Shown here: positions 10,833-21,563 of the stretch, piece after piece
Numbering within the stretch: position 1 is the first letter of the stretch
How the letters are laid out: each line of letters opens with the position of its first letter
Assembly: GCA_963662315.1 (NCBI GenBank)
Contig: OY759353.1
Location: forward strand, 4,416,001 to 4,480,000
DNA from: Geopsychrobacteraceae bacterium
Lineage (GTDB): Bacteria; Desulfobacterota; Desulfuromonadia; Desulfuromonadales; Geopsychrobacteraceae
Length of the DNA: 64,000 nucleotides
Direction of reading: 5' to 3'
The notes under the pieces: model-generated
What the model saw: only the letters and a program-made list of their open reading frames with translations
Told to the model about the DNA's origin: nothing
Database searches by the model: none
Position numbers and translations under genes: made by a program

Positions 10833-12101
10833 CTAATGCTGTTTTGCCAACAGCCCTCCCATAAATATCTGAGGAGCGGAACATCCCCAACCGACATTCC
10901 CTTCCAACAGCAACGGTCCCTCATCTGACATGGCCCAATCCCAGGCAATTGATTTTATCTCCGGAAAGCAGCTATGGGCCTTATGACTGTGAGCGACCAC
11001 CTGCTCCCAGCCTGAAAGTCTGCCAATCTGTTTGGTCAAACTTTCAATGTGGGAAACCCGCTCCCGAATACGATTATCTCCCCAAATCTCTTTGATAGCA
11101 GATTCAATGAGCCCTGTTGTGGGATTGATCTGAAGAATGGCATAACAGGTCCTGTTTTTCTCATTCACCCCTGCTGGAACTTCCAACGTGGCACATAAAC
11201 ACGATAGGTGACTGGCTGCCGAAGCGACTGCACTTTTCTGCCACTGACTAATGTAACGGATGGTAATAATCTCATCGTTCCAGGCTAAGGGAGCAAGGGT
11301 AGGGTGGTTTTGTAAGCAGGGTTGAACAAGCACCGTATCGAGTTGAAGTAAGTTTTTCCAGGCCTGCTCAACCGCAGCAGTATCGACCAGATGTTCACCA
11401 CTAAAACAGTGACCTTTCAGTCCGGACTCTGCCCGCCAGGCAGCAAATGCCCCCCGCCCTTGATTGCCGCTGTTCATCTTGCAGAAAACTCTGCCGTTTT
11501 CGTCAATGAAATTGTTGAGAGACCGGGTCTGCTTGTCGTTCATAGCAACTTTGGCAATTGTTTTGACAACTGGGATTCCCTCATTGCTTAAGCGATTTGC
11601 CAGCCGGTCCTTGCTTTGGAGACAACAAGATGACGCTGGTGTGTAGCCCAGAGCTTCATTACGCCATGAGTGATAGGCTTGCGTTTCTGTCAGGAAAACA
11701 TAATCAAGGGCTTTGTGAGGTTCGCGGTAAAGCCTGTATTGGTAGCTCTCTGACGGTGGAATTGACCATAGCAGGGCAAGCTTCAGAATTCGCCGGAATT
11801 GTGTCTTGCGGGGGATGTCTTCTTCTGCTTCCACAACCGGTGCCAGACGACCGGTAACCTTTTGGCAGTTCGGAATTGCGTGACGAAAAATCCAGCGTAG
11901 CCACAGAAATAATTCGACACCACACCAGATGATCCGTGGCCACCGCGTGCCGCTATGCCACCAGATCCGGCGGTGCTGAAGGACAAGCTCATTCTGCCCA
12001 GGCCAGAAATAAGCCGGACCGAGCAGGCCATGGGGCAGATGGCGCCTGAGAACTTCACGCTGCAAATAATGCCAGAGGCGTATGTGGAGTTGGGGCTTCA
12101 C
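10833..12101 (-). CDS. ATP-grasp protein (sugar-transfer-associated, ST-type-like)
   Basis: SKD..L...GIPV, FCKMNSGNQGRG, LVQPCLQNHP, IAWD...GPLLLEGN. Confidence 0.7.
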   Translation of the reverse strand: MKPQLHIRLWHYLQREVLRRHLPHGLLGPAYFWPGQNELVLQHRRIWWHSGTRWPRIIWCGVELFLWLRWIFRHAIPNCQKVTGRLAPVVEAEEDIPRKTQFRRILKLALLWSIPPSESYQYRLYREPHKALDYVFLTETQAYHSWRNEALGYTPASSCCLQSKDRLANRLSNEGIPVVKTIAKVAMNDKQTRSLNNFIDENGRVFCKMNSGNQGRGAFAAWRAESGLKGHCFSGEHLVDTAAVEQAWKNLLQLDTVLVQPCLQNHPTLAPLAWNDEIITIRYISQWQKSAVASAASHLSCLCATLEVPAGVNEKNRTCYAILQINPTTGLIESAIKEIWGDNRIRERVSHIESLTKQIGRLSGWEQVVAHSHKAHSCFPEIKSIAWDWAMSDEGPLLLEGNVGWGCSAPQIFMGGLLAKQH

Positions 12102-12109
12102 AGGGAGCC

Positions 12110-12970
12110 TTAAACCGGTTGACCATCAGAATCAAGATAGCCGAAGCGAGTCATTACCTCGCCATGATCGGCAATGATGCGTTCAACTTGCTCAGCGGTC
12201 AGTTTGTCGCGCCAGCCATTACTCTTTCCTTGTCTGAAAAAGTGCTCTGTATTTGGTGGCTTTTCCCGAAAACCCTTCTCCCGTTCCTGAGCCGCCAACA
12301 GTTTGAAGTCACTGAAACGGATGGCTTTGTCGATGCGTGCCGGATCGTCAGGAAGAGCTAAAAATTTGACGGCCCGGGTAAAGGTTAATACCGGGTTCTG
12401 GAGCATATCTTCATAGCGAATCACTTCGATATTCAAATCTGGCGCATCGACCCAACTGAGGACATGCTCAGACCAACTGAGCAATTTCTGCCGGACCTGA
12501 TTGGGCAGGCTTTTCCGCGTTTTGCACAACGCGTGTGTCGGCTCGCTCATGCGCGTAATGGCATCATCGATACTGGAGTTGTTGTGATTCGCGTAGGACG
12601 GAGCGACATCCAACGGGTTGCGTAGTAGATATAGTGCTCCCAGAGTGGCTTGCTGACTGACCAAAGGCTCACCATCCAGCGTGAAGGTGTAAGCATCGTG
12701 GATTTTGTGATAACCAACTTCTTTGTTACGCAGTGTCCAGCGATACACCTCAGGACGTAACCGGTCCATTTCATCAGGATCAAGCTCAGCACTGTCAAAT
12801 CCCAGGATTTCGTCCAGCCAGCCCCGACCACTGGCAATCTCTCCTGTGTTCAGCTCATTGATGTCGACCGGTTCATCCCCATCTTCCCACAGGTTCCGCA
12901 GAAATGTTCGAAACCAGGTGTTGCCCGACTTGGGATAAGAGGCCAGCCAGTAGATGCCACCCATAATCAA
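12110..12970 (-). CDS. PAPS-dependent sulfotransferase
   Basis: 5'-PSB motif ASYPKSGNTW, 3'-PB motif LLRNPLDVAPS, IRYEDM, FFRQGKSNGWR. Confidence 0.92.
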   Translation of the reverse strand: MIMGGIYWLASYPKSGNTWFRTFLRNLWEDGDEPVDINELNTGEIASGRGWLDEILGFDSAELDPDEMDRLRPEVYRWTLRNKEVGYHKIHDAYTFTLDGEPLVSQQATLGALYLLRNPLDVAPSYANHNNSSIDDAITRMSEPTHALCKTRKSLPNQVRQKLLSWSEHVLSWVDAPDLNIEVIRYEDMLQNPVLTFTRAVKFLALPDDPARIDKAIRFSDFKLLAAQEREKGFREKPPNTEHFFRQGKSNGWRDKLTAEQVERIIADHGEVMTRFGYLDSDGQPV

Positions 12971-13893
12971 GGATTCCCTTCGATATCGGCAAGAATGGTG
13001 TCGATCATTTCATCCAAAGTAAAACCGATTCTGGGGCGAGTGACACGTGCTAGACGAATGCGCCCGGCCAGTTGGCCACATAATTGAAGATGGTCAGGTT
13101 TCAGTGCCATCCCTTCAAGAAAACGCACCCGATAAGTATTGTTGCGCAGAGGCTGAAACCTTTGCATCCCTTGAATCGGCTCAATTGTGATACCTTTAAC
13201 ATCACGACTGCCAAGAATGTAGATCCAGCGGATTGGAAGTGCCTGTGTAGCGCTTTCCCTCTCCACGGGCAAATTGTATTTCTGCAGATTGGGGCGGATA
13301 CGGCGTAACGCTTCGGTTTCGATGTCGAGCTTGTCAGCGACATCCTGCCACAGTTTGATGCGTGGAAAGCCGGGCAGAGCACAGCACTGAGAGTCTACCG
13401 GGATGACATCATCAGCCAGAACCTGATAACCACGCTGCATGAATCCAGCGGCCAGCGTCGATTTGCCCGCTCCAGAATGTCCGACACACACCATACACTG
13501 ATCGCCGATACGGATCGCGTTGCCATGCAAGACCAGGTGCCCGCGCTGAAACAAAAGAGCACCGAAGGCTGAACCCAATAGAAAAACGCGAACACTGTCT
13601 TCATCAATCTCAGGTTCGGGATCGATGACAATCTCTGTGCCGTTGGAAACAAGAAAACGGGCCACATGTGGCACCTGCAGCCACAGACTGGTCGGGCTGA
13701 CCCAGAGAAACGGGCCCAACTGTTCGCCGTTTTCAATTCCACCATCAGAGACCTTGCCCAGTTTAATGGTAATATCGGTCTCTGTTGTTGACGGGTTGAT
13801 CAGTGGAGTCAGTTCTGGCAAGGGCAGTTCGCTGGCTATTGTCAGACTGTATGCGCTATGAAAATTCATTGTATTTGCATGGGTTGTAATCAA
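12967..13893 (-). CDS. HPr kinase-like lasso peptide kinase
   Basis: VLHGNA, P-loop GHSGAGKSTLA, LADD, PGFPRIKLW; the start may be ATG 13869. Confidence 0.85.
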   Translation of the reverse strand: MITTHANTMNFHSAYSLTIASELPLPELTPLINPSTTETDITIKLGKVSDGGIENGEQLGPFLWVSPTSLWLQVPHVARFLVSNGTEIVIDPEPEIDEDSVRVFLLGSAFGALLFQRGHLVLHGNAIRIGDQCMVCVGHSGAGKSTLAAGFMQRGYQVLADDVIPVDSQCCALPGFPRIKLWQDVADKLDIETEALRRIRPNLQKYNLPVERESATQALPIRWIYILGSRDVKGITIEPIQGMQRFQPLRNNTYRVRFLEGMALKPDHLQLCGQLAGRIRLARVTRPRIGFTLDEMIDTILADIEGNP

Positions 13894-13924
13894 TTGAAAA
13901 CCTTGTGACTGAGGTTCTTTATGT

Positions 13925-14437
13925 TTATTTGACGTACTGGCTCAGAGCGCCACCTGATTTTGCGATGCACGGTGACAAGAAGCAACCAACGACAGTAAAG
14001 CAATTAAAACTGACGCCTCCGGTTACAGCAACTCGGCCGGTGACCACCCAGGCATGGGCTTTTAGCTCACTACTGTCAGGGTCTTTCATCAGGCCAAAGT
14101 AGAGAACATAAGGAATGTGATAAAGCCCCAGCAGTAAACGGGCGGCGACCGCCTGAGGAAAACAATTGGAGTCCCAGGGTGTATAGCGAGCTGTCAATGC
14201 GACCAGTCGCGCAATTTGCCGGGCACGTTGCTCTTCAGCGCTGTTTACCAGTGGCACAAAAGGAGCTATGCTTGTACTGACGCCCAACAATGGCGCAAGA
14301 CGTCGGAACGAAACGGTGAAAATTGCAGTCTTGGCAATTCCCAACAAAACCCAGGCGGGGAGGAACCAGAATTTTGTCCAGAGCGGCTTGCGCAAGAAAT
14401 TAATGGCTTTGCGCTTAAAGGTGCGGAGTGCTGACAC
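13925..14437 (-). CDS. Lasso leader peptidase B2 (transglutaminase-like)
   Basis: NCFPQA catalytic Cys, AHAWV catalytic His. Confidence 0.9.
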   Translation of the reverse strand: MSALRTFKRKAINFLRKPLWTKFWFLPAWVLLGIAKTAIFTVSFRRLAPLLGVSTSIAPFVPLVNSAEEQRARQIARLVALTARYTPWDSNCFPQAVAARLLLGLYHIPYVLYFGLMKDPDSSELKAHAWVVTGRVAVTGGVSFNCFTVVGCFLSPCIAKSGGALSQYVK

Positions 14438-14443
14438 AAATAA

Positions 14444-14731
14444 CTACACTCCCTCTGGGCTGCTGACCAGATCGTGCGTTTCCAGTTCGTCAAGAAACCT
14501 TGCCATGTCAGTCTGGCAGGTTTGTTGATCGACATCAAACTCTGCGCAGATAGTTGAGACAATCGTCTCTAGGGTGACCGGGTTTTCCAGTAACTCCCAC
14601 ACCCGTGAACCGACACCGCTGATACCATAATACTCGCCGTTCTCAATGCTCATCATAACGGTGTCGCCATCCATATCGGCAGCCACAAGGTTGGAGCTGC
14701 GGAGGTAGTGTTTATCAGTGTTTGTTGTCAT
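14444..14731 (-). CDS. Lasso B1 / PqqD-family RiPP recognition element
   Basis: GEYYGISGVGSRVWELLENP...EFDVD...D..RFL pattern typical of PqqD. Confidence 0.92.
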   Translation of the reverse strand: MTTNTDKHYLRSSNLVAADMDGDTVMMSIENGEYYGISGVGSRVWELLENPVTLETIVSTICAEFDVDQQTCQTDMARFLDELETHDLVSSPEGV

Positions 14732-15351
14732 TACTTATCGTCTTTCATTGGCATGTATAGTATTTTGCGGGGATGCCCCCTGCGACCAGGATCGTTTTAT
14801 TCTACCGAAATATCTGCCTGATTGTCATCGGTAGAATAAAGGCAAACCTCAGAGGAATCAAATATTTTTCGGATGAAGATAAGGGCAATGATTGGGATTG
14901 GTATTGTTGAAGCCATAACGGAGAAACGCACTAGGCCGTTATAACTTAGCAATTATGACGTGCCAGCAGGTGACTCACTACTTCACGGACTGCTGTCGTC
15001 AAATGCCCTGTCAAAAGTCTGTTCCCCCTCATCTGAGGATATTTGATTGAGAGCTTTTGCTGTTGTTGGGCATGATATAATCTGACATTGCCTACTAGAT
15101 TAGATCTAGATTTTATGAATCCAGTACGGCGCACCTTTCTGGTGAGATTGCAGGGTAGGCTACCCCAAAAAGCACTTAGCAACTTATCTATTAAGAGTTT
15201 GATTTTATTATATCTGTTAGTCGGATTTGAGTTGAAGCGCTACTGATTACGGGATATTTAGTGCGTAAGGCGCAAGCTTTCAATTTTAAAGAGGTTTTTT
15301 TTCTGTTTTTGCATGAGTAATGCTGGTTCTGAAATTCTCTGAAAAGTTAAT

Positions 15352-15385
15352 AAAAAAAGCACTTAACGAAAATCGCTAAGTGCTT
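15352..15385 (-). terminator. Hairpin terminator downstream of the duplicated tRNA 3' end
   Basis: AAGCACTTA...TAAGTGCTT stem; the plus-strand A-run is a U-tail on the minus strand. Confidence 0.6.
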
Positions 15386-15392
15386 GAATTTA

Positions 15393-15444
15393 TGGAGCCG
15401 CTAATCCGATTTGAACGGACGACCTACTGATTACGAATCAGTTG
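15393..15444 (-). repeat. att repeat: 52-bp copy of the tRNA-Thr 3' portion
   Basis: Identical to 24648-24699 (TGGAGCCGCTAATCCG...AATCAGTTG). Confidence 0.95.
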
Positions 15445-15593
15445 ATTTATGCTCTCTCCCAGTTTCACATTCCATCACATGTCTCTATCAATAACGCTTA
15501 AATGCTGACGTTGACAGCTTTTTTATCTTCATATATCATCAGTTGGTATTAGATATATTCACACGAAAAGCTGGGAGATGATTGGGAGAGCTT

Positions 15594-16773
15594 ATGGCTG
15601 TGAAGTGGGAGAAAACAAGATCAACTGGCGTCCGGTGCTATAAGCATGATACGCGCAAGCATGGTGTGAAGTTTGATGTGTATTACGCTATCCGTTATCA
15701 AGTCGATGGTAAGACTAAGGAGGAGGGGCTGGGCTAGTGATGGGTGGTCTGAGTCCAAGGCCAGGGATACTAGGGCCGAGCTTGTTGCTAATAATAAAGC
15801 CGGAGAGGGGCCACGAACTTTGAAAGATAAGCGGCGGCAGCAGTCCTTGCTGTCTGACGCTGCGCCTACGTTTGAGAAGGTTGCTAAAGAGTTCCTGGCG
15901 GCGAAGGCGTCCGAACTGCGGACTAAGACGTTGGAGGAGTATGAGCGAGACTTGCCTCATTTGATGGACTGGGAACCCTCAAAGGGAACTGGTATTCTGA
16001 GGGGATGGAAGTTCTGTGATGTGAAGCGGCGGCACCTTGCTATGAGGATTAACGAACTCGCCGAGCGCTCCCAGTCTCACGCTAAAAACATTCGTGCTGC
16101 GGTGTCGTCGTTATACACATGGGCGAAGGAAGAGCCGCACTGTTATGCTGAAATAAACTTGGTTACCGAAATCAAAGCGCCTAAGGCTCCTGAACCTCGT
16201 GAGCGATTCTTGAATGACGCAGAGGTTGGCAAGCTCTGGTGTAAACTGCAAACGGCAGAGGGTGAGCCTGAGATGATCCGTTGTGTTAAGTTCGCATTGA
16301 TTACAGGGGTCAGGATCTCTGACGCAAGGCGAATGACTACTGCGGAGATTGACGGCGATTGGTGGGAAATACCTCGAGCGCGGTTCAAGGGAAAGCGTAG
16401 TAATCGAGTCTATTTGACGGGTACCGCAAAATCTCTGATCGGAGATAGTGGGCCGGTTGTGTTCCCGAGTATCAAGAAGGGGAATGGGAAGCCGTATGAT
16501 GTGTCGTCGTTTTCGCACTGGTTGGCTGCTCGAGAATACTTCGGTCTGAAGCGCTTTACCTGTCATGACTTCAGGCGGACTATAACGACTGGACTGCAGC
16601 GGCAGAAAGTATCGTTGGCTGATGCGTCTGTTACGATAGGACACAGGCCGTCGGGAGTGACAAGTAGACACTATTCCAAATACGACTATGAGGACGAGAT
16701 ACAGGCGGCTCTGATCAAGTGGGAGACCCATGTATTGCGGTGCGCTGAGGACGCCAGCACCACCGGTGACTAA
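15594..16773 (+). pseudogene. Tyrosine integrase, frameshifted near 15726-15737
   Basis: Frame 1 from ATG 15594 reads MAVKWEKT...RYQVDGKTKEEGLG*. The second frame continues GWASDGWSE and carries TGVRISD, HDFRRT, IGH and HYSKY catalytic motifs. Confidence 0.85.
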
Positions 16774-17049
16774 TAGTTATATAGGGCCTCATTTTCATTT
16801 TTCCGGGTTGCTGGTACCCTTTTGGCAGGCTGAAAACCTGTGCAGTTTGATGGGGGTGGCCCCTACCTAAACCATTTAACGCGAAGATATACTATATATA
16901 GATCGTTTTGGGTCAACGCGAGGAAAAGAGGGGGTTGCGCGGATAGTACAGCTCAAGTATTCAACCCCAGCCCCCACCTGCGTAGGATGGGGGCTGTGAG
17001 GTCCTGAGCGCCTCTGTGCTGCACGATCAGGGGCCGGGAGGTAGTTTAC

Positions 17050-17619
17050 CTAGGGTTGTTTTTGGGCTTTTGCATCTTTTAAGATCCGGTACACTGACGC
17101 TTGACTGATGCCAAGAGTCTCTGCAATCTTTGCCTTGGTAAACCCTGCCTGTCCCAGCTTGATGACCTCGTCGGCCTTCTTACGCGCAGTCTTCTGACGG
17201 CCAGTATATTTGCCCTCTGACTTAGCGCGTTCGATCCCTGCACGCTGGCGCTCTATCATCATACTTCGTTCGAACGTCGCTACCGCTCCGAGGATCTCAA
17301 GCATAAGCTTACCGGTCGGACTGGCTGTATCGATTGGTGAGTTTAACGCGGTGAACTTAACACCTCTGCGGTCCAGATCCTCTACCATGTTTAAGAGGTC
17401 TGTGGTGCTACGTGCTGCACGGTCAACCTTAGCGACTATGACATGATCGCCAGTGCGTACCTGGGACAGGAGCTTGGCTAACTCGGGTCGGTCTTTGGCG
17501 GACTTTGTACCGCTGATCTTCTCGCTGAATATTTGATCACAACCAGCAGCTTCAAGCTCTTTGAGCTGGCCGTCTAAGTTCTGGTCTATGGTTGAGACCC
17601 TCGCATAACCATACTTCAT
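17050..17619 (-). CDS. Small serine recombinase (resolvase/invertase) with C-terminal HTH
   Basis: GYARVST, EKISG, KVDRAARS, ERQRAGI, C-terminal IAETLGISQASVYR. Confidence 0.95.
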   Translation of the reverse strand: MKYGYARVSTIDQNLDGQLKELEAAGCDQIFSEKISGTKSAKDRPELAKLLSQVRTGDHVIVAKVDRAARSTTDLLNMVEDLDRRGVKFTALNSPIDTASPTGKLMLEILGAVATFERSMMIERQRAGIERAKSEGKYTGRQKTARKKADEVIKLGQAGFTKAKIAETLGISQASVYRILKDAKAQKQP

Positions 17620-17922
17620 GTTGGTGTCTCCTTATCATATGGGTTTAGATACTCCTGAGAGTGTCTCACATGGGTCTAGAGATCAAGCTGAATATGAGAG
17701 TAGAACTTTACGATATTGGTACTCGCACTGGGGCATGCCCTACTGCGAGCAATGATAACCCATAAGGATTGGAAGTTTGTTGACCTAACAAAAACGGAAG
17801 GCATGGGGAATTGACAAGGCCACCTCTCCCACCAGATCTCATATAAAATTCTACTTGTGTTTCATGTAATCAGTGATTCAATTAGTTATTGATATCTATA
17901 CCGATGCCAACACGGAGGGGCT

Positions 17923-20900
17923 ATGCCAACGCGTTCAATTAAAGTCAAGCTAGTAGTTCCACGGAATCAGAGCGAAAGACATATTCGAGAAGACATCTGG
18001 ACAACCCACCAAGTTATTAACCAAGCGGTTCGGTACTATGAAAAGATGCTCCTTATCATGAGAGGGCAACACTATGCAATTGCCGAGGGCCAGGAAGTCT
18101 CTCAAGATGTGGTTCAGCAACAGCTGGACAACCTCATTCAAGAAGCACGACGACGTAATAAACAAAGCAAATCCTGGACAAAAATAGACAACGATAAGGC
18201 AAAGGGATTACTACGTGACCTCTACACAGCTATCGTCCCCTCCTGCATAGGCGAGAAGGGCAGTGCCCAAAATGCCAATGGTTTTATAGGCCCATTAACT
18301 GATCGGGAGAGTTTGGGATATCTCTCAGTCTTCGACAAGATTCGAGTCCCGCCGGACTGGCTCGACAGAGCTCGTGATGGCGCTTCTGACGCACTTAGCG
18401 CCGCTGAACAATGGTTAAAAAGCGAGGATGGTAAAGAACGATTAAGTCCATCGGGAGCTCCTCCTAAATGGGTCAAGTTAGCCAAAGATCAAAAGGATTG
18501 GATCCCTGCTTTTATTGAAGACTATGACAGGAAGCTAAAGGAAGCCGAAGGAGTACCAACCATTGTCAGAAGCCTCAAGAGTATGGGAGTCCTGCCGCTT
18601 TTCCCAGCGTACCTTGCTCCGCAAATTCAAAAATCGCAAGGAAAGCTGTCCCGCTGGGATCGCCTGTCGTTCCGCTTGGCCACTGCCCATCTGCTGTCAT
18701 GGGAGTCATGCTGCATTCTCACCGTGGAGGAGCATGACAAACGCATGAGTCGGCTTGAACAATTTACCCAGTCCCAGCTGAGTGAAAGCAACATCGAACC
18801 TGGCCTTGCCGCTCTTCGAAACTACTAGGCAGAGCGCTCAGCTGAATTAGAACGGGGGAGCCTTGGGTTGACTCGCCCTTTCCGCATCAACCGTCGCATG
18901 GCCAGGGGTTGGGACAGTCTTCGTGAAAAATGGACCCATGCAAACAACCAAGAAGAAGACCAACTCAGGACTATTTTGGCCAATGAACAAGCTCGGCTTG
19001 TCGGTAAGTTTGGCGATCCGCACCTGTTCATGTGGTTGGCTCGCCCAGAAAACCACACAGTATGGGCTGGCAGCAAAGATCTACTGACACTTTTTGCTCA
19101 CTATAACGCAATGTTGGCACTTACCGAGCGATCACGAGAGACAGCACTCATGACCCTTCCCGACCCACTGATGCATCCTCGCAGCGTCCAGTGGGAAGCT
19201 GAAGGCGGATCAAACCTCAAGAATTATAAGATAAGCAATTCAGGAGGCGATCTGTGGGTAGTGCTGCCGTTACTATCAAAGTCTGACGACAATCGTCTCA
19301 AAGACATTGAACATACGTTCCTAGTCGCCCCGTCAGGACAGTTCAGCCAGCCAGTTTTTCAACAGCAGGGGAAAAACATCCACACCACATATCGATCTTC
19401 TTCTGGTGAATTGTTTACCGGAATTATCGGAGCAGCGGATCTATTACTGGACTGGAGTTGGCTGCGAAATAAACCACTCTCGCAAATTAAGAATGGTCAC
19501 ATCGGTCCTGCCTTCCTTAAGGTATCCATTGATACTGATGCCAAGCTTCCTGATGGATGGACAGGTAAACGTCCGAAGATGGTCAATCATTTTCTATCGG
19601 CAAGAGGATCCGTCAAACACAGTCAGGAAGTGGTTCCTGGTCTTCGGGTTCTCTCTGTGGACCTTGGCATGCGTTCTTTTGCCGCATGCTCTGTCTTCAC
19701 ACTGACGGAATCACTGCCGGATCCGAATAAGTTTGCGTTGCCTATCGGCATAGATGGCCTGTGCGCTCTGCATGAACGGTCCTTCCTGCTTACTCTTCCA
19801 GGAGAAAACCCAGATCACAAGGTTCTCGAATGGAGACGTCAACAGGGCAGAGAACTTAGGTCACTGCGAAAGGGTCTAAACCGTTACCGAAGGCTATACC
19901 CTCTGGATGCATTGTCTGACCCGAAAGAGAGGAAACTGTATTTTGAGAGTCTCCTCAGTGAAGAGGCCGGCACGACTATCTGTTCGCATGAACAGGAGAT
20001 CTTTGACGCATTTACGGATAGCTACACCTGCTCTTCCGAGGAATGGCTGAACTCCTGTGAAGATCTCAGAACCCAGTATCGGCACTACCTTGGACGGCAA
20101 ATTGGGGAATGGCGACGGGATACTCGCAACCGGTCATTCAGAGGGGCCTCTGGAAAAACCTTATGGTCTATCGACTACCTGACGAATGTTCGGAAGCTTC
20201 TGGTCAGCTGGAGCCTATCGGGGCAGCGTTCTGGACAGATAAATCGTCTTGATCGTGCAAAACGTGGAATCTTTGCATCGGAACTTCTGGACCATATACA
20301 GGGACTCAAAGACGACCGGCTTAAAACAGGTGCGGATCTCCTAGTGCAAGCATCACGTGGGTACCTACGCAACCGCGAAGGTTGTTGGGAGAAAAGGTAT
20401 GTCCCCTGCCACATCGTCCTGTTCGAAGATTTGAGCAGATATCGCATGAAAACTGATCGGCCGCGCAGAGAAAACTCGAGCCTCATGCTCTGGTCACACC
20501 GTGCCATCCCCAATGAAGTTGCAATGCAGGGTGAAATATATGGCCTTAACACCTGCGATACAAGCGCGGACTTCTCCAGTCGTTATCATGCACGAACTCA
20601 GGCTCCAGGGGTCCGCTGCCACGCATTAACTCTTGGAGATATAAACGATCCTGTATTTATGAATATCCTCGCGACGGAAAACCCTGGCCTCGACCCAGTG
20701 AAACTAAAGGTTGGTGATCTAGTGCCGTTGCGCGGGGGGGAGTGGTTTGCTTCACTAAAGCAATGCCGTGTCAACACCATACACGCTGACATCAACGCTG
20801 CCCAGAACCTACAGAGACGCTTCTGGACGCGACATGCAGACGCATTCCGGATCCCCTGTCGTAAGCATGTGATTAACGATGAAGAACGATGGGTACCAAA

Positions 20901-21234
20901 ATCCATGGGTAAAAGACTGCGAGGCTCACTAGGAAGCTATGGCTGGCTTGTTCCCACTGGACACGATAGCGGTTCCTGTCGATGGGAAACCATCACACCC
21001 GGCAGGTATAAATCATTAGGTGGCGAAGTTCAGGACGATGACAGCATAGACGTGGATGCCCTCGAGGATAATACAGACGACGTACTCGAGGCTACGGGTC
21101 AGATAGTCGTGTTTTTCAGGGATCCGTCTGGAGAGGTAATGCCAGCAGACTTCTGGTATCCTGCCAAATCATTCTGGGGCATGGTTAAAGCTAAGACAGT
21201 AAAAGCATTAAAGGGTAAGAACTCAAGAGATTGA
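17923..21234 (+). pseudogene. cas12b: Cas12b (C2c1) type V-B effector, ~1103 codons, with one in-frame TAG at 18826-18828
   Basis: N-terminus MPTRSIKVKL; WDR...HLLSWES; RuvC-I PGLRVLSVDLGMR, RuvC-II LFEDLSRY, RuvC-III HADINAAQNLQRRFW. ORFs 17923 and 18868 are in the same frame. Adjacent array repeat ends in GGCAC. Confidence 0.9.
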
Positions 21235-21267
21235 AATTTTCTATTTAAGCGGTATATTTAATGAGTG

Positions 21268-21405
21268 TTGTGCTATAGGCGCATCCAAGATCGGCTGAAG
21301 TGCCCCGATGACGGACTCCATGCGGAGAGCAGACCGTCATCAACAGTCGAGACAACAGTCCGTTCTTTGTCAGCATGAATAGTAACTGCGCGCACCTATA
21401 GCGCT
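21268..21405 (+). ncRNA. Candidate Cas12b tracrRNA
   Basis: GTGCC (~21300) is complementary to the repeat 3' GGCAC. Imperfect anti-repeat GACAACAGTCCGTTCTTTGTCAGC at 21351-21374. Stems GATGACGG/CCGTCATC and GCTATAGG/CCTATAGC. Ends approximate. Confidence 0.65.
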
Positions 21406-21563
21406 TGTCGTTTTTCGGGGAGATTCGCGGAATCGTAATCTGCTGGAATTTCAGGCATTCCAATACTAACCCTGCCCGGCAAGAGCTACTCACGCTATCG
21501 TGGACTGCTCTTCGCAAATTCTTACAGAAAAACCACATAATTTCAAAGAGATATGAGCGAGGA

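Noticed and set aside
13485..13494. Self-target of spacer 2 in the lasso kinase gene
   Set aside because: Only 10 bp (CACACACCAT) match and there is no T-rich 5' PAM; consistent with chance.
14800..15182. Third lasso precursor upstream of B1
   Set aside because: The minus-strand ORFs I checked lack YxxPxL, Thr at -2 and a plausible core.
15393..15444. Second tRNA-Thr gene
   Set aside because: Only the 3' 52 nt are present, without the D-arm or 5' acceptor strand; it is an att repeat.
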